Position numbers and translations under genes: made by a program. The notes below the pieces were generated by a model. That model saw only the letters and a program-made list of their open reading frames with translations, was not told the DNA's origin and made no database searches. Below, piece after piece: positions 1 through 12,300 of a stretch of DNA of 64,000 nt; within the stretch, counting starts at the first letter, position 1; each line of letters starts with the position of its first letter. Source of the stretch: Okamejei kenojei (Eukaryota); the NCBI GenBank assembly GCA_035221665.1, contig CM069153.1:33852001-33916000 (forward strand), in the 5' to 3' direction.

Positions 1-337
1 TGGGAAAATAATATGTTAAAAAGTCCATTGACTGTGGTCAGATGGTTCAATGGATTGTTAGTGACATTATAGTTTAAAATCCAGCCAGACTAAAAGGATA
101 AAAACACTGTTCCTTTGCTGGCTGCAAAGGTCTTAAATGCATTGTTTCCTCTAGTCAGTGTTAATTGAGTTCTCAATGGGGCATTATTGACTTCTAATGG
201 ATCGAGGACTTCAGAAAGGTAAGTGAATGTTTTATCTATCAATGTGGAAAAGTTCACACCAATGCTTTCAATGGCATTCTTCTGAATTTTGTGCTAAAAC
301 ATATTTTAAAGTAGGTTAAGAAATGCTTTGTAATGCA

Positions 338-838
338 TAGAAACATAAAAACATAGAAACATAGACAATAGGTGCAGGTGTAGGCCCTTTCGGCCCTTTG
401 AGCCAGCACCCCCATTCAATATGATCATGGCTGATCATCCAAAATCAGTAGACAAAAATGCTGGAGAAACTCAGCGCGTGCGGCAGCATCTATGGAGCGA
501 AGGAAATAGGCAACATTTCGGGCCAAAACCTCTCTTCAGACTGATGTAGGTTGGGGGGGGGGGGGGGGGGGCAGGAAGAAGAAAGGAAGAGGAGGAGCCA
601 AAGGGCTGAGGGAGAGCTGAGAAGGGGAGAAGACAGTAAGGGCTACCTGAAATGTATTTACCTTCGCTCCATAGATGCTGCCGCACCCACTGAGTTTCTC
701 CAGCATTTTTGTCTACCTTCGATTTTCCAGCATCTGCAGTTCCTTCTTAAACATCCAAAATCAGTGCCCTGTTCCAAATTTTTCTCCATATCTCTTTATT
801 CCCTTTGCCCTAAGAGCTAAATCTAACTCTCTTGAAAA
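338..838 (-). mobile_element. CR1-type LINE 3' end, interrupted by a Penelope-derived insert
   Basis: (catagaaa)n tail followed by gtaggccc...ccattcaatatgatcatggctgatcatcc; uninterrupted copies of the same sequence at about 34678-34840 and 40352-40520. Confidence 0.8.
450..751. mobile_element. Short Penelope-like (PLE) insert with inverted tails and a 14-bp target-site duplication
   Basis: TSD catccaaaatcagt at 436-449 and 752-765; arms at about 449-508 and 655-715 are reverse complements; same tail as the GIY-YIG element ending at 38938. Confidence 0.85.
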
Positions 839-1028
839 CTAATCTATCTACATCTATCCACGACACCCAGGACTGGGAGATAGCAAATAAAAAAATTATT
901 ATAGCTCACAATACTGACATCCCTTGGATTGATATGCCTAAAGATTATATTCTGAAAAAAGTAAGTGAATTGTTGCTCTGAAATCTGGACGATGCTCATT
1001 CTAATGCCTTTTTCATTTATTCCCCCAG

Positions 1029-1180
1029 CCAGAGGAACTGACTAACGCACTGGAGATCAGCAACATTGTCTTCACCAGCCTGTTCGCATTGGAAATGCTC
1101 TTAAAGATCTTGGTGTATGGGCCTTTTGGCTACATCAAGAATCCTTACAACATCTTTGATGGTATCATTGTAGTTATCAG
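1029..1180 (+). CDS. CACNA1G: Cav3.1 internal exon (approx. human exon 10), domain II S2-S3
   Basis: cccccag|CCAGAGGAA...GTTATCAG|gtaaat; 152 nt, phase 0/2; translates [51 protein letters not shown], near-identical to Cav3.1 as recalled. Confidence 0.97.
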
Positions 1181-2231
1181 GTAAATTGTCACAAGTAAAT
1201 GTAGATTCATTTCTCGCAACCCCAAACTTAACTTCTGTCAATGTGGATTGTAAATTCCAAAATACTACCTTTAGAGACCTTTAAAGATACAAAAACTAGG
1301 AAACACAAAACAGACATCATTTACCTGTAAATTCACCATCACTCATTCCATATTTTTGTGTGATCGTAGAAATGTATGGCACAGAAGGAGGCGCAGCCAG
1401 AAATAAATCTAAGATCAATCCCATTTTTCAGACACTGGTGCACAGAAATGCAGCTCACAGTTCCTCAAATGATGGTCCACATACATGAAATGTGGTGAGG
1501 GGCTCTGTCTGCAATACATTTTCAGGCAGTGAAGTCCAGATCCCCAATACTTGTTCAGTGAAATCATATTACTATAATCCTTCACCATGAACTCAAATCT
1601 ATGTCCCTATATTTGCGGACATCTCTGCAAAGTTTTGTATTAACTCTGAACAAACTTCTCATAATTAGTATATTTCTTCTTTGTCTCTTTTGTTCCATTA
1701 AAAATAATTGAATCCTAGACAGTTCTCATAACTGTCATTCGCCAGCCTTGGAAATATCATCGTAAATCTCCTCTATGATGCCATCACATGTCGTTATTTG
1801 GTCCATCCCATTTTCCCTTTTTTAAAATCAATGATACAATGTTTGCAATTTTCCCGACTCCAGCTCCACAAATTGCAAATAGCACTGACAAATAGTAGTC
1901 AGAATCTGTGTTTTTATCCTTCTCGAAAATGTATCAGAGACCGGAATACATTTTCTCCAGGCCTGATGATATATGCACTTATAAAGATGTTAAACCCTTT
2001 AAATTGCCTTCTCCCTCTAATTTATTATTTCCAATATTCCTTCTTATTCAACATCTCCCTTTACATGGGAGGAGTCAATATCTATTTTCTTCTCCCCAAT
2101 TTTAATGCTCTCAATGACTTCCATTACTTTTCCCCATCTCACACTCTCTCTTCAAACCATTAATTTACAAGTTCTCATACTAATGTTATATTATTCATTT
2201 TATTTTTGGCCTACCTTGCCCTGCACTCCAG

Positions 2232-2417
2232 TGTGTGGGAGATTGTGGGCCAGCAGGGCGGTGGCCTGTCAGTGTTGCGTACCTTCCGGCTGATGCGAGT
2301 GCTGAAGTTGGTGCGGTTCATGCCAGCCCTGCAACGCCAGCTGGTGGTCTTGATGAAAACAATGGACAATGTTGCCACCTTCTGTATGCTGCTGATGCTA
2401 TTCATCTTTATCTTCAG
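2232..2417 (+). CDS. CACNA1G: Cav3.1 exon (approx. exon 11), domain II S4 voltage sensor and S5
   Basis: ctccag|TGTGTGGGAG...ATCTTCAG|gtgagt; 186 nt, phase 2/2; [61 protein letters not shown] with R/K every third residue. Confidence 0.97.
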
Positions 2418-2926
2418 GTGAGTGAAAGGCAGAGTCCCTTTCTTCAAACATTACCTCAGGTGGACCATGTTCATGCACACGCTAAAGCATTTCCTGACAG
2501 TGTAGATCACTGAGGAAGGTCAGGGAGCAATATCCATAACTAATAGACACTGTGCTGTGCCTTCTGTCTGAAGCAGAAAATTGGGTGGTTTCCTTTGGTG
2601 TACGTTTCTGTCCCTGATCTTCTCTGGAGCGCATTTCTCTTATTTCTGTACTTTGGATATTTTAACACGTCAATTAACATTGCTGATGGCAATGGGTTTT
2701 GAAGCAACAATCTTCCAACAACAACTTCTGTGATTGAACCAGGATAGAGGGATAGTGATTAGGGACAAATTTATGATTAACTATATGTCTTTTCTGTCAG
2801 AATTTGGGATTCGGCAAGGCAGTGGATTGAGATGACATTTCACTAATGGCAATACATACCACAGATTTGGTTATTATATGTTGGTAAGATGTACATGGTT
2901 ACATCATATTCTGTTTTATTTTACAG

Positions 2927-3041
2927 TATTCTGGGAATGCATCTTTTTGGCTGCAAGTTTGCATCAGAAAAGGAAGGAGACACTCTTCCTGACAGAAAGA
3001 ACTTTGACTCACTTCTCTGGGCTATTGTAACTGTCTTCCAG
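2927..3041 (+). CDS. CACNA1G: Cav3.1 exon (approx. exon 12), domain II S5-pore loop
   Basis: ttttacag|TATTCTG...TTCCAG|gtatgg; 115 nt, phase 2/0; [38 protein letters not shown]. Confidence 0.97.
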
Positions 3042-3323
3042 GTATGGAAAATGATGCTCAACTTTTAAAAGTTCTAGCTAGAGTTCAGCAATTACATGTG
3101 TACAATTTTGGCCAGTGTAAATTTGGAAAAATGTTAAGTTCTTGGAATGGGTGCAGAGGTGATTTGCTAGAATGCTCCCAGTAATAATGGACACCAGTTG
3201 TATGGGGAGAGCGGGGAAACTGGGATTGTTTTCCCTGCTACAACAATGTTTCAGGATTGATTTATAGCTTGGTTAGAGAGTCTACCAATGTTAGGAGGAA
3301 GACCCCAGGAGAGAGCTGAGTAA

Positions 3324-3550
3324 AGGGCCTGTCCCACTTTCATGACCTAATTCATGACCTCTGCCGAGTTTGCCTTTGACTCATACTCTCAGCATGGTCA
3401 TCACGAGGTCGTAGGTAGGTCATAGCAGGCCGTGATGCCAGTCGTAGGTACTCGCGGCATCAAGTAGGTCGGGCCGTTTTTCTAGCCTGATGAAAAATGA
3501 CCACGAGTTACAAAGGTCGTGAATTAAGTCGTGAAAGTGGGACAGGCCCT
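3324..3550. mobile_element. PIF/Harbinger-type MITE
   Basis: TIR AGGGCCTGTCCCACTTTCA.../...TGAAAGTGGGACAGGCCCT, imperfect pairing for about 35 bp; TAA duplicated at 3321-3323 and 3551-3553. Confidence 0.85.
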
Positions 3551-3814
3551 TAAGTAAATTTATTTGAGGGGATCTACCTGAGCTGGCTGTCCTGAAACCT
3601 GCATACGGGGGCTCATTGATGTCAAGCAGAATGGACTTCACTGTTGGTGTGAGCATCTGCTTCACCTTGAAGGTTACCTGCACTCAAGGGTACAAAATTG
3701 CCGAAATGGCATATCATTGAATGTTGCTGCACAACTTTAGAAACCTCACCATTAGCACAACAGACCATAGAGGAACCAGAATGAACGTTGTGTTCTTCAC
3801 AGTCCAACTATGTA

Positions 3815-4730
3815 CCACATTTTTATTTGGAAGATTGTATTTTGGACTGGAGGCTTGTGATTAGTGGTGTGTCTCGGGGTTTGGTGCTAGCCCCATTGCT
3901 GTTTGTCATCAATAACAATGATTTAGGTGAGAATGTACAAGACATGATTAGTAAGCTTGCAGACACTAAAATAGGAGGTATTGTAAATAGCGAAGATGGT
4001 TGTCAAAATTTGCAACAGTATCTTGATCTGTTGGGCAGGTGGGCCAAGGAATGGTTGAAGAAATTTAAAACAGAGAAGTTTGATATGTTGCTATTAGGGA
4101 AGTCAAAGCAGCACAGGGCCTACACAGTAAATGGCAGGACTCTGGGGAGTGTTGTCGAGCAGAGGGATCTACGGGTGGAGGTACATAGTTCCTTGAAAGT
4201 GGCGTCACAATTAGATAGGATGGTCAAGAAGGCTTTCAGCACATTGACCTTCATCAGTCAGAGTATTGAATAAAGAAATTGCAAGGTCATATTACAGTTA
4301 TACAAGATATTGGTGAGGCCACATTTAGAGTATTGTGTTCACCTTGTTATAGGAAAGATGTTCTAAGCAGGAAATGGTGAAGAGAAGATTTGCAAGGATG
4401 TTGCCAGGACTTGAGGCCCTGAGCTACATGGGGAGGTTGAGCAGGCTAGGACTTTGTTCCTTGGAGGGCAGATGAATGAGGGGTGATTTTCTAGAAGCGT
4501 ATAACATCATGAGAGGAATAAATACTTTTTACCCAGATTAAGGGAATCATGAACCGGAGGTAATAGGTTTAAGGTGAGGTGGGAAATAGGAACCTGAGAG
4601 ATAACTTTTTTACAACAAGGGTGGTAGGTAAATGAAGCAAGCTACTAGAGGAGGTAGTTGAGGCAGGTACTATCACAACATTTAAGAAATATTTGGACAG
4701 GTAGATGGGACATGTTGGTCTCTGACTATG
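3815..4730 (+). mobile_element. CR1-type LINE ORF2 (reverse transcriptase C-terminal part) fragment, decayed
   Basis: ORF 3788-4273 contains SGVSRGLVLAPLLFVI...ISKLADTKIGG...EQRDLRVEVHSSLK (degenerate GVPQGSVLGP and FADDTK motifs); approximate bounds. Confidence 0.9.
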
Positions 4731-5089
4731 GGAGAAAAAAACTAGTAAGGTAGAATACTGTTCAAGTAAAGAGAATGCAAGAATATGGTGATGGAGAAAG
4801 TGTCTCGATACAAGCTTCCCCTGTGATATGGTATTCAGGTAATAAAAATTTACCCTTATAGAATTGACAAATCACTGCCCACAAATTTGAGATCTAGAAT
4901 AGAATTTGCTCTCACAGAATGCATGTGAGAAAAAAACAAATAAACACAATATTATTATTTTTCAATTCGTATTTTTAGTGGCCAGTGCAGATGACATGGC
5001 TTAATGTTACAGAAAATCACAATAGTCTGTTTTCTGGGAACACAACCTCCCTGTAATGCTGGGATCACCAGCATAGCAAATGTATAAAG

Positions 5090-5670
5090 TTGACATGGAG
5101 GTTCAGCAAATAATTAGAAAAACAAAGGGAATGTTACTTTTCATTGTCAATGGGATGGAGCATAAAAGTGGGGAAGTCTGTCAAAACTGTACAGGGCACT
5201 GTTGAGAATTTCTAAAATACTGAATACAGCTTGGATCTTTTTTAAGGGGGGATATGGCTGCTTTGCAGACAGTTCAGAGAGCTGATGGTACGAAAACATA
5301 AAATTCTAAAGGTGCTTGTCAAGGTATATGTTGAGCTGTCAGTTTTACTTGTGGGGGGGTCCATGTATATATGGGGCAGAGTTACTGAATAAAAAGTCAA
5401 CCACTTCAATAAAGAAGAGGAAAATCTTCTCACAGAGAACCTTCGAGTTCTCTTGAAATTCTCCGCCCTTGAGATCTGCGAAGATTAAATCATTGAATAT
5501 ATTCAAGGTTGAAGTGACAGGTTTTTAGTTTGTCAGGTTGACAAAAATTATTTAAAAATATGTAGGAATAAAGTTGAAGATAATATTAGATCAGTTATGA
5601 TCTTGTTGAATGACAGAGAAGGTTCGATCGGCTGTACGGTTGACTCCTGTTCCTAGTTCTTATGTTCTTA
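5090..5670 (+). mobile_element. Old CR1-like LINE 3' fragment
   Basis: Degenerate ORF2 C-terminal sequence ending in ...ctcctgttcctagttcttatgttctta, a CR1-type tail; approximate bounds. Confidence 0.6.
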
Positions 5671-5822
5671 TTTAATGGTACATAATCTGATTACAAAAAA
5701 TATATTTTTTAAGCATTTCTTCAAAAGAACTAGTCAGAATTTAGAAATGTGAAGCAGAAGGCACCTTGTTAATTGATTATTAAAATTATTTAAATAGACT
5801 TCAGTTCTAAGTCCAAACTACT

Positions 5823-6215
5823 CAGTAAGCATGGATCCCATGCATCTTAATCTTCTGCATCTGCCTACCATGAGGTACCTTGTCAAATGCCTTACTGAAG
5901 TCCATGTAGGCAACATTCACTGCCCCAATCTCATCAATCCCATTCATCACCTCATCAAAATACCCTATTAGTTTGTAAAAACATAACCTGCTCCGTGCAA
6001 TGCCATGCTGATTGTCCCTAATTATCCCATTCTCTGCCAATCGTGAGTAAATCCTGTCCCTAACAATCTTCTCCAATAGCTTCCCTACCTCTAATGTTCG
6101 GCTCATGGACCTATAATTTAGTGGATTATTCCTATATTCCTCCTTAAAGGAATAACTGAACTCACTATCCTCCATGCCCTTTTCTTTGGTGAATACCAAT
6201 GCAAATTACTCATTT
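5823..6215 (-). mobile_element. CR1-type LINE RT fragment
   Basis: ORF 5822-6199: NYRSMSRTLEVGKLLEKIVRDRI...QHG...YMDFSKAFDKVPHGR. Confidence 0.9.
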
Positions 6216-8306
6216 AGTACCTCGCCTCTATCCAACAGTATTCACCAGAACAAACAGTTTGGGAGAAAATCTCTTTCTATAGTAATGGAGATGGGTATGG
6301 AGTATATGTAGTTGTTCATAGACTGCTTTATGTAACTATATTTCATTTTCATGCTTCCTGGAGCAATTAAATGTAGCCCTCTTTGTATTCATTGAAGGGC
6401 TTGACCTAAGACCCAATTGGCAATGATTTTGCTAACGTGCAAGATGTTGATCCATTTGAATTACAAACTTGCTTTGGATTTTAGGAACAATTTACTACCT
6501 TCGGGCCAACCTATGGACTTGGTGAGAGCAGAGTTAGCAGTTACATCAATGCTTGAATATAAAACATTAACTTCATTTTTTTATTGCTCCCTGAACATGT
6601 TAAGCGCCCTGAGGCTCTTCACAGGAGCTATTACTTGTTTTGGTAAAAGTGGTGCACAGATGGTGACAGTATTGCTCTATGGGGCTGCCAATCTCACACA
6701 AGCGAGATCTGGAATTATCATTTAAAACCATTTCTCAAGGAGAGAATATTCTTTTGGCAGCAGACTTCTAGCAACCATATGTTCTTGATTATATTTTTCA
6801 CATTTTGAAATATCACTGCTCCAACTAAACCTACAATAATAGTCTGGGTGCACCATTCTCCATATCAATGACTCTACGCCATAAAGACTGAGAGGAAGCA
6901 CATTGAGAGATGTTCGTGCTTTCTGATATAGTTCATTATAGCCTTCGTCCAGCTGTAAAAGTTACTTGGATCTAAAACTGACTCTTACAATCACTTGAAC
7001 GCAATATCAAAAAGTTACATTCCTGATCGTCATGTAATCTGGATTCACACATTTGTTTGGAAGGAATACCAAACCCATGTTATGAGGTTATGGGTTATAC
7101 CAAACCCATGCAAGTACATCCCATTTATCCAGACAAAAGCTAGAAATGTGCAGTCCAAGCAACTAGGCACTGGCTTCATAAAGCTGTTGTTTACTGAAAG
7201 CCTTGCAGCAGCTCTGGCCACAAGAATGGAATGTCGGGTGCTGATCAAGAAGCATATCTCTGGAGCGTTCCAACATAGAAATTTTCTGTGTCATCTGTTT
7301 ATCCAGCATGCAGGTCAATGACAGATCTTCATGATCCCGAGATGTATTATCAGTGGAAATTAGTCAAATTTATTGAAGATGTTATGTTTAATCTTGATTT
7401 TGTGCAATATTAGCTACCAACCCTCTGCCATTCATTTTGCACAATCTTGCACGCAAGATCTTTCCCATTGAGCCCCTCAATCTAGAGGATTGAATTAATA
7501 TTATGTTTGGCATTTGCATGTTAACTTGAAATTAGTTTAATCATGCTGTGTGTTCCCCATTTCAATGTAGTGGCTGAGTACTGATGTTTATTCCTGTTTC
7601 TGATTAGATCGCTTCCTTAGTAAAGTGAGTATGATAAATACTGTAAAAACTGTCTCTTTACCAGGTGTTCGGTCAGTGCAAATCAATGACAGTGTAAAAT
7701 GGGTGAAAACATATCACCCCAAGATTTACGTCAGTCAGTCTTGTACTCCACCATTTCAAATGGAATTAACCCAGGGATAGTTAAATCAAGTTTTTTTACT
7801 CCATTAGATATTTGTAACTCCCCGATATAGAATGTTATCAAACATTAATAATTCAAAAATTCATGAAATTACAAAATAAATGACTGAAAGTACGACAATT
7901 TAATATTCTATGGAATATTTCTTCAAAAATTGGAATAGTGCAGTATTTGAAACCCCGAGGAGGTAGAAGTGTTTCCAGCACACAATTTAGGAGAGTGAAG
8001 ACAAAATCCCCCGAAAAACAATTGAATGGTGCAAAGAGTATGGGGCAGCCTGTCATTCTCTATTAAATGTCAAAGCTAAATCAAGCAACAAAATTGCCAT
8101 CTCCTCTCCCTGTCTGCCTCAGTTCAGAATTTGTGTGCTCCATTCTAATAAATATGACATTAATTTATGCAGAAATTGTGATTGCTAGAAAGTTCAAATA
8201 ACAACGTGCTACAACGATGTTTAAAGATCATTTGTTTTCTGCAGCTTTATGTTAATTCATGATTTTTTTCAAATCATAAATTATTTTTTTTAAATGTCTT
8301 CCACAG

Positions 8307-8462
8307 ATATTGACTCAAGAGGATTGGAACAAGGTCCTCTATAATGGGATGGCCTCCACCTCTCCATGGGCTGCTTTATACTTCATTGCCCTCATGACAT
8401 TTGGAAATTATGTTCTCTTTAACTTGTTAGTTGCCATTTTGGTGGAAGGATTTCAGACTGAG
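8307..8462 (+). CDS. CACNA1G: Cav3.1 exon (approx. exon 13), domain II selectivity filter and S6
   Basis: ttccacag|ATATTG...ACTGAG|gtaaaa; 156 nt, phase 0/0; [52 protein letters not shown] (TQEDW filter Glu). Confidence 0.97.
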
Positions 8463-8977
8463 GTAAAAGAACAAGTAATAACTCTTTGAGTGATGCATGA
8501 CAGTCAATATTGCATTGTGCTATGTAGCTTAATGCTGTATGTGATTGGTGATAGTATTTCCTAAAGATCACTGCCATTCTCAGCTCCCTGATAAATATGC
8601 AGCACGTCAGAAAATTATAGTTGGGTCCTTTGTCACCTCACACAATAACATAGGAGTCAACAAAAGCCTTTGAATTTAGGGATCCCTGACAGTTTTTCCA
8701 ATCACTATTGTATTTGCTGCCATTCAATTTAAAATAAATGTTAAATATTTTTTAACAAATATAGTAAAATGTCCATTGGCATTCCAATATGTTTCTCTGC
8801 TCAAAATAGATTTATAAAGTGTCTATTGACAAATGTATTATTTATTCAATACTCATTCTAATGAGGCTATAAAAACATAAATAATAAATGTAAATTTATC
8901 GCCATGATTTACTGTGACAATTCATTAAAATTTGAGCCAGATCTTGCTGGAAAATGTTGGTGGTTACATTTAAAACT

Positions 8978-9310
8978 GGGCAGCACTGTGGTGCAGCTGT
9001 AAGAGCTGCTCCTTCTCAGTTCCAGTGACCCAGGTTCAATTTGACCTTGGGTGCTGCCTGTGTGGAGTTTGTATGTTCTCTCTGTGAGTGCATGAGTTTC
9101 CTCCGAGAGCACCGTTTTCCTCTCTCATCCCAAAAATGTGTTTGCTGGTAAGTGAATTGGTTACTGTAAATTGCTCCTGGTGTGCAAGTAAATATTAGAA
9201 TGTGAGGAGATTTTTTGGGAAACTGTTGAAATAAAATAGGATTCATGTAAATGGATCCGTGTGGATTCAGTGGGCTAAAGAGTCTATTTCCACACTGTTT
9301 GGCTCTATAA
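8978..9310 (+). mobile_element. tRNA-derived V-SINE (HE1-like), diverged
   Basis: A-box-like tggtgcagctg, B-box-like ggttcaatt, V-core tgtgtggagtttgtatgttctc...gtttcctcc, CR1-like tail. Confidence 0.75.
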
Positions 9311-12300
9311 CTTTGGGGCATGAATATCTGAACATACAAGTCTCAGACTTGATGAGACATTTGAACCAGCAAAACAGAAATGCAAGGTGAACTTGCTGAA
9401 AATCCCCAAATAGCTTCACCCAGCAAATTTAGCGCCTTGGATTTGAAACAGGTGAATGTGTGCAGAATCCAAGCGGCAAGTAAAGCAAGCGAGTCCCTCT
9501 CAGCAAAGTCAGTCTTGTAACACAAAATAGCTTAATAAAGTGGTATTTAATGAAACACCGCAGTGATATCCAACAAAATTAAAATAGGCTCACTGATGCA
9601 CAGCGAACCTGCCACAGTCTATACTTATTAGGTGAATCTGTCAGTAAAATAAAGGATCTGACAATGTAACCCGATGAATTGAGTTTGTTAATTTGAAGTT
9701 AATTGTTTGCTGCAGTTGTTAGAGGGCAACTGTATATTGGTTTTGCTGCATCATTCTAAATGTTTTGAAAATATATTTCTACAATTAGTCGTATTTTTCA
9801 ATATTGTTATTTATGCTTTAAAACTTCTGCTTCAAGTTTATCTTGGACCAAATGTTTACATAGGACGCCTCCCTTCAATTACATCTCAATTTGTGCTCTC
9901 AGAAAACATGTGAACCAAGGGCTGAACAAAAATGTCCAAGCTTTTCGCAATGGAAAGCTTCAACAACAGTTAGCACATGGTCTAATCTTCCTTTTCCAAT
10001 GTGATTGTTGGACAATGCAGATGAATATGTTCTCCCTTTGAGTATATATGTTGGTAGTTCAGACTACAAACCAAAATTAGCTTTTTTTGCAAGTTAATAA
10101 TGTATGATTTTCCTCCAATACCTAAATGATATTTTTAAATGCTTCTTGAAACAAGAATTTGCAAGTATCTTATGCAATTATTATTGTCTAATGTAAGTTC
10201 ATTGCTAAGCCCATTCCTAAATTGCTGATCGGTTTGTCACTTATTGATGATTAGTCTTCATTAGTGCACCCAAGATGCAGATGTACTATATTATGCCTAA
10301 TAGCTATGTGTTTTGTGCTCCAGTAATATCTTCATTTGGAAATGTTTAATTGTGCTTTAGCAGCATAACCATTTAACAAAGTGGAAAATACCCAATCTGA
10401 TCTGAGGAGTTGATTTTACCTTTACTGTCAAATATATAATTACATTAATCTGCAAGAATGATTCAACATAGCGAAGGGTTAGATTGGATACAACTTTTAT
10501 CTCATATTTGCGTTAGCTGAAAACTAAGATAATTCCCTAATAATCCCAGACATCATAAAAATTACAAATCTCTCTATTATCCTTTCAGTTATGTAGCAAT
10601 GTTGGCATTTCCTGTACTTTTAAAATAAGGTTATCAATGTTGGTGTTTACATCCATTTTGCAATTTGTTTGTACTGTGACAAGGCAGGCTTAAAATTAGC
10701 TGATTTGGTGACATTAACAGAGACTAACCCGACAGCCTCTTTAGGCATGACTGCAGTCTGCCGTATCAGATCACATCAATTTAAATACTTTGCATTATCA
10801 GGCAACTTTCTTGTTTTGACTGGTCTATTTCTTTTAAGTGTTTTATTTTAATTTAGATTAACGGTGGGAATGTTTGTATTGGATGAGAATATTTTTTATT
10901 TCAAATGTGCCTTTCCGTGGATTTGCTCCATTTTAAAAGTTAAACAGAAAATGTGAAAATACTCAGCAGATATTGTAGCAACTGCAGAGAGAGAGAGAAA
11001 CAGTTTATGTATCAAGCCTTTCACTGGCCTAATAATTAAAAGCATTAATTATTTTTCTCCCAGTACGGATGCTGCCTGAGTTCTGAGTATTTCATATAGT
11101 TTCTGCATTATATCAAACTTCCGGCAACTGCTATATTTTGCTTTTGTATATATTCTTTCATTCTGGTTCTTTCCGAGATCAACGCTAAGGCGATAGGGAG
11201 AGTTTGGGAGAAGTATGAAATGGTAGAAAAATTAAGTTATCACTTATCATGACGTCAATACTAGATAGAGGAAATGCATTTTGAAAGGAAAAATAATGAG
11301 GAAAATAAAATCAATAACAATTTTACAGGGAGTGCAGGAACTGAAATTCTAGGTTTTTCAATGGCATACATCATTGAAATTGAACGAACAAATTGATATC
11401 ATTTTTTTTGAAGAGCTTGCTTTATAATAACACTATAGAGCACAAAGGCAAAGCAATTTAAACTAAACCTTTCAGAATCAGAATTTAAACAGCAACTGGC
11501 ATCTTATGCCCAATTGTAAGACTAACAAGAGAAAGGACGTTGAGGCCAGAAAGTGATAACCAGAGTGCTCCAGGAAAGAGGAGTTTTAGCATCTTTATCG
11601 TGAGAAGCTGACATTGTTGGACAGGAGGTTATTGAGATATCTAGTTACTTTATTCCAAACTGTATCTGATTGCAAAAGTTTGGATAAGTAAAAACTGATA
11701 CCTTTCCAAAGGAGACATCTAAAATAATTGGCAAAATGGCCCTGGGAGAAATTGAGTTTTTGCATTGCATGCTTTAATAACTGTCTGGAAGAATAGTCGA
11801 GGCAAATTCAGTAATAACTTCATGGACATTGGTGAATGACATTCTCGTCCACCCATTAGTAACAAAACATTATTAATTAAAAATATATATATTCAAACAT
11901 GCTTATTATTTCCAACCTGTGGAATTAATCAAACTAAATCATCAATTTAATGTAATATGTTTACTGTGCATTTCCTTTTAGAATGTCAGCAAGTAGATGA
12001 TGAGATTGATGTGATCTAATGGGCAATGACTGTGCAGGAATGCATACAAGTGAATACATTGGATCCATTAACTAATTCATTTCAGAGAATATATAAAATA
12101 AATGGAGCCGCATGGTTCAAACCAAGATCTCCAGAACTGAAAAATGGCCCCAAAATCACTTCCCTGCATCAATTGCTACATTTCGGAACATACTGTATAT
12201 ATATATTGCTTAGATACTTCAGAACTAACTTCATTTATCTCCAATATGTCAATGGGATGATGGCCATCAAAACCTATACCCATTGCATTTTATTCCATGT

